A stretch of DNA of 64,000 nucleotides from an uncultured Planctomycetaceae bacterium (GTDB lineage Bacteria; Planctomycetota; Planctomycetia; Isosphaerales; Isosphaeraceae). Positions 53,067-64,000 of the stretch are shown piece after piece (positions within the stretch are counted from its first letter, which is position 1; every line of letters begins with the position of its first letter). Below the pieces are notes generated by a model. The model saw only the letters and a list, made by a program, of their open reading frames with translations, ran no database searches and was not told the origin of the DNA. The stretch lies in contig OY970189.1 of NCBI GenBank assembly GCA_963708145.1, positions 4,978,959-5,042,958 on the forward strand, in the 5' to 3' direction. The position numbers and the translations under genes were made by a program.

Positions 53067-54139
53067 ATGACCTTGACCCGTCGCCGTCTGCTGGCCTCCT
53101 GCGCGGCGGCCGTGCCGGCCCTCGCCGCCCGCACTTGTCCGACGATGGGGGCGGGCGACGACCGGCAGCCGCTGGGCGTGGTGATCCACTCGTATGGCCT
53201 CCGCGTCGCGGCCTCGCGGGGGGGCCGGGGTCCCGATCGGTTCGACGACGCGACGGTCTTCCTCGACTACGCCCACGCGCTGGGGCGCGCGGCGTGCAGG
53301 TCGGCATCGGGGCGCGCGACGACGCCTCGTGCGACCTCCTGCGCGAGAGGGCGGCCGGATACGGGATGTACCTGGAGGGGACCGTCCGCCTCCCGCGAGA
53401 CCGCGACGACCTGGATCGGTTCGAGGCCGAGGTCCGGTCCTCGGCGCGGGCCGGCGCGACCGTGATCCGCACGGTGATGCTCGGCGGGCGGCGGTACGAG
53501 ATGTTCGCGACCGCCGACGCCTTCCGACGCGCCGCCGACGCGGCGTCCCGCTCTCTGGCGATGGCCGAGCCGGTCGCGGCCCGGCACGGGGTCCGGCTGG
53601 CGGTCGAGAACCACAAGGACTTCCGCGCCGACGAGCTGGTCGCCGATCCTGAAGCGGATCGGCAGCGAGCACGTCGGCGTCTGCGTCGACACGGGCAACA
53701 GCATCGCTTTGCTGGAGGACCCGATGGAGACGGTCGAGGCGCTCGCCCCGTGGGCCGTCACGTCGCACATCAAGGACATGGGCGTCCAGGAGTACGAGCA
53801 GGGCTTCCTGCTCTCGGAAGTGCCGCTCGGCGAGGGGTTCCTCGACCTGGCACGGATCGTCCGCGTGCTCCGCGCGGCGAGCCCGGAGATCCGGCTCAAC
53901 CTGGAGATGATCACCCGCGATCCATTGCAGCGTCCCGTGCCTGATCGGATCGCTACTGGGCGACCTTCGAGGACCTCCCCGGCCGGCACCTGGCGCGGGC
54001 GCTGGCCCTGGTCCGCGCCCGCGCCGCGAAGCGGCCGTTGCCCACCGTCGAAGGGCTGTCCCCGGAGGAGAAGCTCAAGGCCGAGGACGGGAACGTCCGC
54101 CGCTGCCTCGCCTCCGCGCGGGACGGGCTGAAGACGTAG
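53067..54139 (+). CDS. sugar phosphate isomerase/epimerase (xylose-isomerase-like TIM barrel) with Tat signal; at least 2 apparent frameshifts
   Basis: MTLTRRRLLASCAAAVPALAA; ...HGVRLAVENHKDFRADELVA..., ...VGVCVDTGNSIALLEDPMETVEALAPWAVTSHIKDMGVQEYEQGFLLSEVPLGEGFLDLARIVRVL.... Confidence 0.8.
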
Positions 54140-54167
54140 GCCGTGGCCTCATCCCACGTCGCCACCG

Positions 54168-55829
54168 TCAGCGGGGTTTCGGCTTCGGGACGACGTGGAC
54201 GCGACCGGCCCAGGTCTCGTACAGCGCGGCCAGGCGACGGACCTCGTCGGGGTGCTCTCGGGCCAGGTCGCGGGTCTCGGTGCGGTCCTCGTCGATGTCG
54301 TACAGACTCCCAATCGGCCGCGCGCGGGCGACGAGCTTCCAGCGGCCCTGGCGGACGGCCCTCGCCCCGAAGTGCTCCCAGCCGAGCATCTCGTGCCCGT
54401 CGCGCGGGCGGCCCCGGAGGATCGGCACGAGGCTCTTGCCTTCGAGGGGGATGGTCGGCCGTCCCCGGAAGGTCCGGGGGTACGAGGTGCCGGCCAGCTC
54501 GACGCAGGTGGCCATCACGTCGATGACGTGGCCCACCTGGTCGGCCACCGAGCCCGGCCGGGCCTCCAGGCCGGAGGGCCAATGGGCGACCAGCGGGGTG
54601 GCGATCCCCCCTTCGAAGACCTCGGCCTTCCAGTATCGCAACGGGGTGTTGGCGACGTTGGCCCACATCGGCCCGATCGCGCCGAAGGTGGTCTCGGGGC
54701 CGGGGAGGATGTCCTTGGCCGCCGGGTAGTGGACCTCGCGGCCGTCGCGGGTGTGCGAGGGGCGGTCGAAGCCCGGCTCGCGCGGGACCTCGGGGCTGGC
54801 GCCGTTGTCGGACAGGAACAGGATCAGCGTGTCGTCGAGCATCCTCCGCTCGCGGAGGGCGGCCACGATCCGACCGATCCCACGGTCCATCCGCTCGACC
54901 ATCGCCGCGTGGACGGCCATCGCGCGGGCGTCCCATTCGCGGTTCGGGTTCGTCTCCCAGCGCGCCTCGGGCCTGATGGCGCCGAGAGGGCGCGCGGCCG
55001 GGCCCGACGATCCCCGCCTCCACCTGCCGCCGATAGCGAGCCTCGCGGACGGCGTCCCAGCCGTCCCGGTACATTGCCTCGTACCGCGCGACGTCCTCGG
55101 GGGGGACCTGGAGCGGCCAGTGCGGCGACGTGTACGCGACGTAGAGGAACAGAGGCCGGTCGTCGCCCCCGGCCTCGTCGATGAAGCGGACGGCGTGATC
55201 CGTGATCGCGTCGGTGTAGTAGAACCTCGGGGGCACCGTCGGGACGGGTTCGTCCCCCTCGACGAGGCTGAACGGATCGAAGTAGTCGACCACGCCCCAG
55301 ATCGTGCCGTAGAACCGATCGAAGCCGCGCGCGACGGGGTAGCGCTCGGGTCGGAGAACGGGCCGAGGTCGAGGCGGTGGCTGACCCAGGCGGCGTTCCT
55401 CGGGCCGTCGGGCGTCACCGACAGGTGCCACTTGCCGGCCATCGCGGTACGATAGCCGGCCGCGTGGAGGGCCTCGGCGATCGTGACGGTCCCCTCCACG
55501 AGGGTGCCGCGATAGCCCGGCTGACCCTGGTCGAACGTCATGCCGCCGATGCCGGCCTGATGAGGATAGAGGCCGGTCAACAGGCTGGCGCGGGTGGGGC
55601 AGCAGCGGGCGGCGTTGTAGAACTGGGTGAACCGCAGGCCCGCGGCGGCGAGGCGGTCGAGGTTGGGCGTGCGGATCTCGCCGCCGTAGCAGCCCACGTC
55701 GGAGAAGCCCAGGTCGTCGGCCAGGATCACGACGATGTTGGGCCGGCCCGGCGCCGCGGCGGCCGTCCCCGCGAGCAGGAGCATCCCGACGAGGAAGAGC
55801 GACCGGACCGCCCGCGCCACCCGCATCAT
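54168..55829 (-). CDS. arylsulfatase-family sulfatase 1 (secreted); apparent frameshifts
   Basis: [93 protein letters not shown] (CxPxR active site); C-term ...DRTETRDLAREHPDEVRRLAALYETWAGRVHVVPKPKPR*. Confidence 0.85.
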   Translation of the reverse strand: MMRVARAVRSLFLVGMLLLAGTAAAAPGRPNIVVILADDLGFSDVGCYGGEIRTPNLDRLAAAGLRFTQFYNAARCCPTRASLLTGLYPHQAGIGGMTFDQGQPGYRGTLVEGTVTIAEALHAAGYRTAMAGKWHLSVTPDGPRNAAWVSHRLDLGPFSDPSATPSRAASIGSTARSGAWSTTSIRSASSRGTNPSRRCPRGSTTPTRSRITPSASSTRPGATTGLCSSTSRTRRRTGRSRSPPRTSRGTRQCTGTAGTPSARLAIGGRWRRGSSGPAARPLGAIRPEARWETNPNREWDARAMAVHAAMVERMDRGIGRIVAALRERRMLDDTLILFLSDNGASPEVPREPGFDRPSHTRDGREVHYPAAKDILPGPETTFGAIGPMWANVANTPLRYWKAEVFEGGIATPLVAHWPSGLEARPGSVADQVGHVIDVMATCVELAGTSYPRTFRGRPTIPLEGKSLVPILRGRPRDGHEMLGWEHFGARAVRQGRWKLVARARPIGSLYDIDEDRTETRDLAREHPDEVRRLAALYETWAGRVHVVPKPKPR

Positions 55830-57494
55830 CGCGCCTCCCGTCGGCGTTCGCCCTGGCCGGCACGCCGGCTCACCTCGTCCCAGGGCCGCACGCCGCACCG
55901 CGTCGGCCCAGCGGTCGTACACCGCCGCCAGGTCGGCGACGACCTCGGGGTGCGCGGCGGCCAGGTCGCGCAGCTCGGTCCGGTCGGCCTCCATGTCGTA
56001 CAGCTCCCAGCCGCCGGGGTGCTGCGAGACGAGCTTCCACCGGCCCTTGCGGACGGCGCGGTTGCCCTCGTGCTCCCAGAAGAGCGCGTCGTGGCCGGCG
56101 CGCGACCGGCCCTCCAGGATCGGCCGGAGGCTCTTGCCCTCCATCGGCGTGATGGCGCGACCGCGGGAGGTTGCGGGATACTCGGCGGCGGCGACGTCGA
56201 GGCAGGTGGCCATGACGTCGACGAGGTGGCCCGACCTGGTTCGTGATCGATCCCGGCTGGGCCTTCAGGCCGGCGGGCCAGTGGGCGATCAGGGGGGTGG
56301 CGATGCCCCCCTCGTGGACCCAGTGCTTGTAGCGGCGGAAGGGGGTGTTGCTGGCGTTGGCCCACGCCAGCCCGTAGCTCTGGTAGGTATCCTCGGCGCC
56401 GGGCATGACCGCCGGGTCGTTGCCCACGCGCGACCGGCCGGCCGTCGCGGGTCGTCTCGGGGAATGTGCGCCCCTTCCAGTCCCCTTCGATCTCCTCGGC
56501 GCAGCCGCCGTTGTCGGCCAGGAACAGGATGAGCGTGTCGCTCCAGGCGGCCCGACCGCCCGGAGCTTGTCCACGATCCGGCCCGATACCCCGATCCATC
56601 CGCTCGACCTGGGCCGCGTAGACGGCCATGCGCCGCGCCTGCCAGTCCTTGTCGGGGGACATCCTCCCAGGCGACTGCCTGCCGATCGCGAGGGCGTCAG
56701 CGGCCATCGCGCGTCGACGATCCCCAGGTCGATCATCCGGCGGTGTCGCTCGTCCCGGAGGGCGTCCCAGCCCCGTCGCGTACGCATCGCCGATGCGGGC
56801 GATGTCCTCGGCGGGGGCGTGCAACGGCCAGTGGGGCGCCGTGTAGGCGACGTAGAGGAAGAACGGGCCGGGCGCCGCGGCGAACTCGTCGAGGGAGTCG
56901 ACGGCGGCCTCGGTGGCGATCGCGTCGGTGAGGAGGTAGCACGCCCCCGCGGCCCGGATCGGCTCGTCGTCGCGGACCAGCGTGACGGGGTCGTAGTAGC
57001 TGGCGGCCCCGTGGATGATGCCGTAGAAATGGTCGAAGCCCCGCCTGACGCGGCCAGTTGTGCCGCGATGCCGAGGCGGGCGTGACGTGCCACTTGCCCG
57101 CCATCGCGGTGCGGTAGCCCGCGCCGCGGAGGGCCTCGGCGATCGTCGACGGAGCGGTCCGACAGGTCGTCCGGGTAGGCGGGCAGGCCCAGGTCGTCGA
57201 CCATGTGGCCCATGCCGGCCTGATGGGGATACATCCCGGTGAGCAGGCTGGCGCGGGTGGGGCAGCAGCGCGCGGCGTTGTAGAACTGGGTGAACCGCAG
57301 GCCCGCGGCGGCGAGGCGGTCGAGGTGGGGCGTGCGGATCTCGCCGCCGTAGCAGCCCACGTCGGAGAAGCCCAGGTCGTCGCCCAGGATGATGACGATG
57401 TTGGGACGCTTCGGCCCGAGGGCACGTCGGCCCGCGCCGGGGGCGACGACCAGGAGACGGCGGCAAGGCAGAGCCAGCGCAGGGCCCGGAGCAT
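55826..57494 (-). CDS. arylsulfatase-family sulfatase 2 (secreted); frameshifted, 3' end uncertain (possible ATGA overlap with sulfatase 1 start)
   Basis: [22 protein letters not shown]...[69 protein letters not shown]; C-term ...[50 protein letters not shown]. Confidence 0.8.
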
Positions 57495-57747
57495 CCTGAC
57501 CTCGTGGGGATCGCCCGTGATGTCCGCAGGGAGGACGGCCTCCGAAAGCCCCGAGCCGACGGGCCCGTCCGCAAGGACAGGATAGCCACTCCCGCGCGGC
57601 CGGGGAAGCGGCCGGCATCGGTGGTGTCTCCGACGTCCTTCGCCGCGGCCCTTGCTCCACTTTTGTTGGACAGCACGCCGATGATCGAATAAGATCCCGA
57701 ATACGGATCGGTCGGACGATTCTGGGTGCGTCTCGGATCGGGGTGGC

Positions 57748-59931
57748 ATGGTCCTGCACGTCGTCCTGCTCGTGGTGGGGGTGAGTCCGTCGCCGGGCCT
57801 CGTCGCGGAGCCGTCGCGGCCGACGTTCGAGGCCGACGTGCTGCCGGTGCTCACCCGCGCCGGGTGCAACGCCGGGGCCTGCCACGGCAAGGCGCGGGGC
57901 CAGAACGGGTTCCAGCTCTCGCTGCTGGGGTTCGACCCCGACTCCGACTACGCCGCGATCGCCGAGGAGGCGCGGGGCCGCCGCGTCTTCCCGGCGGCGC
58001 CCGAGCGGAGCCTGCTGCTCCTGAAGGCCGCGGCGCAGGTCCCGCACGGCGGGGGGCGTCGGCTGGAGCCGGGCGGCGCCGCGTTCGACCTGGTCCGCCG
58101 CTGGATCGCCGCCGGGATGCCCCGCACCCCCGCCGACGCTCCCCGTCTGGAGCGGATCGCCGTCGAGCCGGCCGAGCGGGTCATGGCCAACGGCGACGAG
58201 CAGCAGGTGGCCGTGACCGCGGTCTTCTCCGACGGCTCGGCGCCGGACGTGACCTCGCTGGCCGCGTTCCAGTCGAACGAGGCCGCCGTCGCGGCCGTGA
58301 CCCCCGAGGGCCTGATCAAGGTCGGCCCGATCCCCGGCGAGGCGGCGATCACGGCCCGGTTCGGCGACAAGTTCGCGACCTGCGAGGTGATGGTCCCGCT
58401 GCCCGGCGACGTGCCGGCCGTCCTGTACGACGAGCTGCCCCGGTCGAACTTCATCGACGGCCTCGTCTGGGCCAAGCTGCGGAGGCTCGGGATCACGCCG
58501 TCGGAGACGGCCGACGACGCCACCTTCCTGCGGCGGGCGTCTCTCGACGCGATCGGCCGGCTCCCCACGCCCGACGAGGTCCGCGCATTCCTCGCCGACC
58601 CCTTCGCCGACAAGAGGGCCCGGCTGGTCGACCGGCTCCTCGACCGGCCCGAGTACGCCGACTTCTGGGCGAACAAGTGGCTCGACCTGCTCCGGCCGAA
58701 CCCCTACCGGGTGGGGATCAAGGCGGTCCTGAACCTCGACGCCTGGGTGCGCGACGCCTTCCGGCGGAACCTGCCCTATGACGAGTTCGTCCGCGCGATC
58801 GTGACGGCCCAGGGGAGCACCTTCCGCGACGGCGCGGCCACGATCTTCCGCGACCGCCGCGAGCCCGACGAGATCGCGCCGATGGTCAGCCAGCTCTTCC
58901 TCGGCATCCGCCTCGAATGCGCCAAGTGCCACCATCACCCGTTCGAGGTCTGGGGCCAGGAGGACTTCTACGGCTTCGCCGCCTACTTCGCGCGGGTCGG
59001 CCGCAAGGGGACCGGCCTCTCGCCGCCGATCTCGGGGAGCGAGGAGATCATCTTCACGGCCAAAACGGGCGAGGTCGCGCACCCGCTGACCGGCAAGGTG
59101 CTGCCCCCCAAGCCCCTGTTCGGCCAGGCCCCGGCCTCCGACGACCCCGACGCGGACCCTCGCGAGGCGCTGGCCGCCTGGATGACCGGGCCCGACAACC
59201 CGTACTTCGCCGAGGTGATCGTCAACCGCGTCTGGGCCGAGCTGATGACGCGGGGGATCGTCGAGCCGGTGGACGACCTCCGCGCGACCAACCCGCCGAG
59301 CAATCCCCCGCTCCTGCGGGCCCTGGCCGACGACTTCCGCCGCCACGGCCACGACCTGAAGCACCTGATCCGCACGATCATGACGTCGCACGTCTACGGG
59401 CTCTCGTCCGAGCCGACCCGAGGAACGTCCCCGACACGCGCAACTACTCGCGGCACTACCGCCAGCGGCTCCGCGCCGAGGTCCTGCTCGACGCGATCGC
59501 CGACATCACGATGGTCCCGAACACGTTCGACGGCGGCGCCGCCGAACTCGCGGGCGACGGCGATCTGGACCCACCGCACGCCGTCGCTGTTCCTCGACAC
59601 CTTCGGCCGGCCCGACCCGAACCAGGACCCGCCCTGCGAGCGGACCTCGGACACCTCGGTCGTCCAGGCGCTCCACCTGATGAACTCGCCCGAGCTGCAC
59701 CGCAAGATCACCGCCGACTCGGGCCGCGCCGCCCTCCTGGCGAAGGGCGACAAGGGTGCCGACGAGATCGTCGAGGAGCTGTACTTGCTGATCTACAACC
59801 GATACCCGACCGACGAGGAGAGGGCGATCGGCCGCGACGTCCTCGCGCGGCCGAGGTTCACCCGCCGCGAGTCGATCGAGGACCTGATGTGGGCCCTGAT
59901 CAACTCGGCCGAGTTTGTCTTCAAGGATTGA
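57748..59931 (+). CDS. planctomycete PSCyt2 + PSD1 (DUF1549/DUF1553) protein; apparent frameshifts near 59400-59560
   Basis: Signal [12 protein letters not shown]; PSCyt2 ...[31 protein letters not shown]...; ...[14 protein letters not shown]..., ...[28 protein letters not shown]...; C-terminal ...[23 protein letters not shown]...[15 protein letters not shown]. Confidence 0.85.
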   Translation: MVLHVVLLVVGVSPSPGLVAEPSRPTFEADVLPVLTRAGCNAGACHGKARGQNGFQLSLLGFDPDSDYAAIAEEARGRRVFPAAPERSLLLLKAAAQVPHGGGRRLEPGGAAFDLVRRWIAAGMPRTPADAPRLERIAVEPAERVMANGDEQQVAVTAVFSDGSAPDVTSLAAFQSNEAAVAAVTPEGLIKVGPIPGEAAITARFGDKFATCEVMVPLPGDVPAVLYDELPRSNFIDGLVWAKLRRLGITPSETADDATFLRRASLDAIGRLPTPDEVRAFLADPFADKRARLVDRLLDRPEYADFWANKWLDLLRPNPYRVGIKAVLNLDAWVRDAFRRNLPYDEFVRAIVTAQGSTFRDGAATIFRDRREPDEIAPMVSQLFLGIRLECAKCHHHPFEVWGQEDFYGFAAYFARVGRKGTGLSPPISGSEEIIFTAKTGEVAHPLTGKVLPPKPLFGQAPASDDPDADPREALAAWMTGPDNPYFAEVIVNRVWAELMTRGIVEPVDDLRATNPPSNPPLLRALADDFRRHGHDLKHLIRTIMTSHVYGLSSEPTRGTSPTRATTRGTTASGSAPRSCSTRSPTSRWSRTRSTAAPPNSRATAIWTHRTPSLFLDTFGRPDPNQDPPCERTSDTSVVQALHLMNSPELHRKITADSGRAALLAKGDKGADEIVEELYLLIYNRYPTDEERAIGRDVLARPRFTRRESIEDLMWALINSAEFVFKD

Positions 59932-60001
59932 GTAGGCGTCTACCACGCACTTTCGGCCAGCGGTGCTCACCACGCCGTGCGGAGATACACCGGAGGCCGC
60001 G

Positions 60002-61328
60002 ATGAGCGTCTACACGAACTGCGAGTCCCGGACCCGCCGCGACTGCCTCCGCCTCGGCCTCGGCGCCTTGCTCGGGGGCGGGCTGATCGACGCGCTGCGG
60101 CTCCGGGGCATGGCGGCGACGGGCGCGAAGCCGTCGCGGCCGACGAGCTGCATCCTGATCTGGATGGACGGCGGGCCGAGCCACTACGAGACGTTCGACC
60201 CCAAGCCGAAGGCCCCCTCCGAGATCCGCGGCCAGTACGACACGATCGCCACCAAGGTCCCGGGCGTCCACTTCTCGAAGCACGTGACGCGGCTGGCGGC
60301 GATCGCCGACAAGCTGACGATCGTCCGCTCGATCCGCCACGACCAGGGCAACCACGGCGCCGGCAACCACTACATGATGACCGGCGCCCCGCCGCGCATC
60401 CCGGTCGGCTGCGGGGCCTTCGTCAGCTTCCACCCGAGCCTCGGCTCGGTCGCGGCGCACGAGAGGGGGCGGCGGGCGGCCTGCCCCCCTACTTCTCGAT
60501 GCCGAGCATGACGCGCTCCGGGGGGCCGAACTTCCTCGGCGCGAAGTACGCCCCGTTCGTGGTCGCCGACAACCCCAACAGCGACGGCTTCCGCGTCCGC
60601 GACGTCGCCCCGCCGCGCGGCCTGAAGGACGACCGGGCCGCCGCCCGCCGCGACCTCCGGGCCCGGGTCGATCGGTTCCGCCGGATCGTCGACAAGGCGG
60701 CCGGCGACCCGGTCAACGCCCTCGACGAATACTACGAGCAGGGCTACAACCTGATGGCCTCGAAGGAGGCGCAGAGGGCCTTCGACGTCGCCAGCGAGCC
60801 CGACCGCGTGCGCGACGCCTACGGCCGCAACCTCGTTCGGCCAGCGTGCCCTGCTGGCCCGGCGGCTGGTCGAGGCGGGCGTGCCGTTCGTCACGCTCAA
60901 CGAGGGGGGCTGGGACCACCACGAGAAGATCTTCGACGGGCTCGACAAGAAGCTCCCGCCGTTCGAGGCGGCCATCGCCGCGCTGATCGACGACCTCGAC
61001 GAACGGGGCCTGCTGGAGACGACGCTCGTCGTGGCGCTGGGCGAGTTCGGCCGGACGCCCAAGATCAACAAGAGGGGCGGGCGCGACCACTGGTCGAACG
61101 CCATGTCGGTCCTGTTCGCCGGCTGCGGCACGCCGGGCGGCCAGGTCGTCGGCGCCACCGACGCCCGCGGCTACACGGCGGTCGAGCGCATCCTCTCGCC
61201 CGAGAACTTCGCCGCCACCGTCTACACCAAGCTCGGCATCGACCCGGGCAAGATCCTCTACGCCCCCAACGGCCGCCCGGTCCACCTGGTCAGCGACCCG
61301 ACGCCCGATCCCCGAGCTGATGGGGTGA
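60002..61328 (+). CDS. DUF1501 (sulfatase-like, Tat-dependent) protein; about 3 apparent frameshifts
   Basis: GGAGG + ATG; MSVYTNCESRTRRDCLRLGLGALLGGG; SCILIWMDGGPSHYETFDPKP..., ...IVRSIRHDQGNHGAGNHYMMTG..., ...PFVTLNEGGWDHHEKIF...GEFGRTPKINKRGGRDHWSNAMSVLFAGCG...; ends ...HLVSDPTPIPELMG* after shift. Confidence 0.85.
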
Positions 61329-61339
61329 GCGGACATCGC

Positions 61340-63013
61340 ATGGGCCTCGCACGCATCGTCGCCGTCGCGGCCGTCGTCCTGTCGTTCGGGACGCCCGCGC
61401 CGCCAAGCCGCCGACGCTCGACCGCCTCTTCCCGGCCGGCGGCCAGCGCGGCCAGACGGTCGCCGTGACCGCTTCCGGCTCCTTCGACCACTGGCCGGCG
61501 CGGGCCTGGTCCGACGGGCCCGACATCCGGGTCACGGCGGGCGAGGAGAAGGGCAAGCTGTCGGTCGCCATCGACGCCGACGCCCGCCCCGGCGTCCGCT
61601 GGCTCCGGCTGTTCGACGACGAGGGGGCCACGGCGCTCCGCCCGTTCGTCGTCGGGACGCTGCCCGAGACGATCGAGGCCGAGCTCGAAGGGGGGCCCGC
61701 AAGCCCTCGACGGCTCGCCGGTCACGGTCAACGGCCGGCTCGCGAAGGCGGGCGAGGTCGACGAGTTCGCGGTCCCCCTGCAGAAGGGCCGGACGCTGGT
61801 CGCCTCGGTCGAGGCCAACCGCCACCTCGGCTCGCCGATGGACGCGGTGCTCCAGGTCGTCTCGCCCGTCGGGATTCGTGCTCGCGCAGGACGACGACGA
61901 TCACGGGCTCGACCCCCTCATCGCGTTCGAGGTCCCCGCCGACGGGACATATCGCCGTGCGCCTCTTCGCCTTCCCCGCCGTCGCCGAACAGCTCGATCC
62001 GGTTCGCGGGGGGCGACGCCTTCATCTATCGACTGACCCTGACGACCGGCAGGGTTCCTCGACCACGCCGAGCCGCTGGCCGTCCCCCGCGACGACCCCG
62101 GCCCGGTCGAGGCGCGCGGCTGGAACATCCCCGACGACGCGAGGCACCTGGAGGTCGTCGCCGACGACTCCGACGAGGCGATCGCGTTCCATCCCCGGCT
62201 GGCGAACGCGGTCGCCGTGCGCCGGGAGCCCCATCGCCACCCTCGTCGAGTCCGGGCCGAGCGACGCCGAGCATCCCACGGCGATCGAAGCTACCCGTCA
62301 CGATCACCGGCCGGATCGACCGGCCGCGCGACCGCGACGTGTTCCGGTTCGCCGGCCGGAAGGGGCAGGGGGCTGCCTTCCGGGTCGAGTCGCGCACGCT
62401 CGGCGCCCCGCTCGACCCCGTCCTCGTCGTGTCCGACGCGGCCGGCAAGAGGCTCGCCGAGGCGGACGACGCCGGCAAGGATCGCGACCCGAAGCTCGCG
62501 TTCACCCCCCCCGGCGACGGCGACTACCTCCTGACCGTCCGCGACCTCCACGGCCGGGGCGGCGACCGCTTCGTCTACCGCCTCACCGCGACCATCCCCG
62601 GGCCCGACTATCAACTGTCTCTGGCCGCCGACCGCTTCACCCTGACGCCCGGCAAGCCGCTGAGCGTCCCCGTGACCGTCGAGCGGACGGGCGGCTTCGA
62701 CGGCGTCGTGGAGGTCCGCGCCGCCGACCTGCCCGACGGCGTAACCGCCGAGCCGGTGCGCACCGCCGGCACGCCCGCGGCCAGGGCGACCGTCGAGCTG
62801 AAACTGTCCTCGGAGACGGGGCCGTCCTCCGGCCCGATCCGGGTGGTCGGCCGGGTCGTCGAGGGGACCGGCCCCGAGAGGACGGCGCGGGCCGCGATCG
62901 CCGGCCTCGGCGCCGCGATCTCCCACGCCTGGCTCACGGTCCTCGCCCCCAGGCCCGAGGAACCCAGGAAGGACGAGAAGGCCGGACCGCCGGCCACTCC
63001 GGAGGAGCCATGA
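61340..63013 (+). CDS. secreted protein with repeated pre-peptidase C-terminal (PPC)-like domains; about 3 apparent frameshifts
   Basis: Signal MGLARIVAVAAVVLSFGTPAPA; repeated motif ...DAVLQVVSPVGFVLAQDDDDHGLDP... and ...DPVLVVSDAAGKRLAEADDAGKDRDPKLAF...GDGDYLLTVRDLHGRGGDRFVYRLT; Pro-rich tail; stop overlaps next ATG. Confidence 0.6.
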
Positions 63014-63222
63014 GGCGCAAGGTCACGGGGTTTCATCAGGACGAGCACGGCGACTGGGTGGCCGAGCTCGATTGCGGGCACCCGCAGCACGTCCGCCACG
63101 ACCCGCCGTGGACGCAGAGGCCCTGGGTCCTCTCGCCCGAGGGCCGCGCGAGCCGGCTCGGCATGGAGCTCGACTGCAAGCGGTGCGACGAGGAGGACCG
63201 AGGGGCGGCCGGCTTGCCGTAG
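63010..63222 (+). CDS. DUF3565-like small protein (70 aa)
   Basis: MRRKVTGFHQDEHGDWVAELDCGHPQHVRHDPPWTQRPWVLSPEGRASRLGMELDCKRCDE - matches recalled DUF3565 pattern (FHQDEEGDWVAxLxCGHxQHVRHxPPWxxRPWV...C.RC). Confidence 0.6.
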   Translation: MRRKVTGFHQDEHGDWVAELDCGHPQHVRHDPPWTQRPWVLSPEGRASRLGMELDCKRCDEEDRGAAGLP

Positions 63223-63300
63223 ACGGGCCCCGACGACCTCGCCCACCGCGGCGCGAACCCGGGGGACGCCCACTGTGACTGTTCCCGGGCGAGCCCTCGC

Positions 63301-64000
63301 ATGTCGGTGGTGCGGGGCCAAGGGGGACGCGCGGGCATCGGCATGATCCACTGGCTGGTCCGAGACCAGTTCCTGACGAGCGGGCTGGCGCTGATGATCG
63401 TCGGCGCGCTGATGGCGCTGCTGCGGAGCCTCCCGTCGCGGATCTGGGGCTTCGCGGAGCGCCGGCTCACGATCGAGGTCGAGATCCCCGACCGCGACCC
63501 GGCGTTCCGGTGGGTCCAGAAGTGGCTCGCCGAGCAGAGGTATGCCCGCAGGGCCCGGAGCCTGAGCCTCGCGACGGTCTGGACGAGTCCCGACCCGTCC
63601 GGCGACGACGATGACGAATCCTCGGGGCGGCCCTCCGAGGCGCGCTTCCTCCTCAGCCCCGCGCCGGGGGTGCATGTGATGACCTACCGCGGCCGGCTGC
63701 TCCTCCTGCACAGGTGGCGGCGCGACCTCCAGAACGGAGGCTCCTCCGCGTTCCAGGAGACCCTGACGCTCCAGATCTTGTGGGGCGACCGCGCCCTGAT
63801 CGAGGATCTGCTCCGCGAGGCCCAGCGGACGGCGCGGTCCAAGGTCCCGGGCGTCAGCATCCTGTCGGCCCGCTACGACGACTGGTACGCCTCCTCCTGG
63901 CGGCCGAGGCGCCCCCTCGCGTCAATCGTGCTCGCCGACGGGATGCTCGGCGAGATCATCGCCGACATGCGCGAGTTCCTCGACTCGGCCCCTGGTACGT
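63301..64000 (+). CDS. BCS1-like AAA+ ATPase, N-terminal (BCS1_N) region; 3' partial at window edge
   Basis: MIHWLVRDQFLTSGLALMIVGALMALL (TM), ...VHVMTYRGRLLLLHRWRRDLQ..., ...RPRRPLASIVLADGMLGEIIADMREFLDSAP consistent with BCS1 N-domain just before the Walker-A region (cut off). Confidence 0.65.
   Translation, partial: MSVVRGQGGRAGIGMIHWLVRDQFLTSGLALMIVGALMALLRSLPSRIWGFAERRLTIEVEIPDRDPAFRWVQKWLAEQRYARRARSLSLATVWTSPDPSGDDDDESSGRPSEARFLLSPAPGVHVMTYRGRLLLLHRWRRDLQNGGSSAFQETLTLQILWGDRALIEDLLREAQRTARSKVPGVSILSARYDDWYASSWRPRRPLASIVLADGMLGEIIADMREFLDSAPGT

Noticed and set aside
55870-59391. 1173-aa minus-strand ORF antisense to PSCyt2/PSD1
   Set aside because: Only its 3' portion corresponds to sulfatase 2; the rest is GC-rich antisense read-through.

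Overview
High-GC (~70%) window that looks planctomycete-like: tandem sulfatases, a PSCyt2/PSD1 (DUF1549/DUF1553) gene next to a DUF1501 gene, and many Tat/Sec-targeted proteins.

Gene content along the window:
- 1-10.4 kb: the 3' end of a sigma-54 activator, a sensor histidine kinase, two tandem REC-TPR paralogs, then kdpF-kdpA-kdpB-kdpC and a short kinase-less kdpD.
- 11.4-13.6 kb: a large secreted gene that is heavily frame-disrupted.
- 13.6-27.0 kb: almost entirely insertion sequences. An IS481-like element is followed, after a nitroreductase gene, by an 11.2 kb block made only of IS elements. The block holds two IS630-A copies, IS630-B, two IS630-C copies (one split by nested IS66-like and ISL3-like insertions) and an IS4-like element. 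Neighbouring elements abut at shared TA dinucleotides.
- 27-35.6 kb: an HD-domain gene, a reverse-transsulfuration pair (CBS plus CGS/CGL), an SPFH protein, a hypothetical protein and a tandem-thioredoxin protein.
- 36.3-47.2 kb: an OmpR-type response regulator with its kinase, then a chemosensory cluster: REC-PP2C, STAS, cheA, mcp, a low-GC orphan gene, cheW, cheR and cheB.
- 47.2-64 kb: dgoD, an MFS transporter, a Gfo/Idh/MocA oxidoreductase, a sugar-phosphate isomerase-like protein, two sulfatases, PSCyt2/PSD1, DUF1501, a PPC-domain protein, DUF3565 and a partial BCS1-like AAA ATPase.

Three families of palindromic intergenic repeats and one 145 bp AT-rich palindrome are present.

About 20 genes carry apparent frameshifts. 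Those examined individually map to undercalled homopolymer runs (for example C3 where C4 is needed in kdpB, G6 where G7 is needed in the DinB-family gene, A5 where A6 is needed in IS630-B). Uncorrected assembly indels are therefore the most likely cause, not pseudogenisation.

No CRISPR array, tRNA or rRNA gene was recognised.
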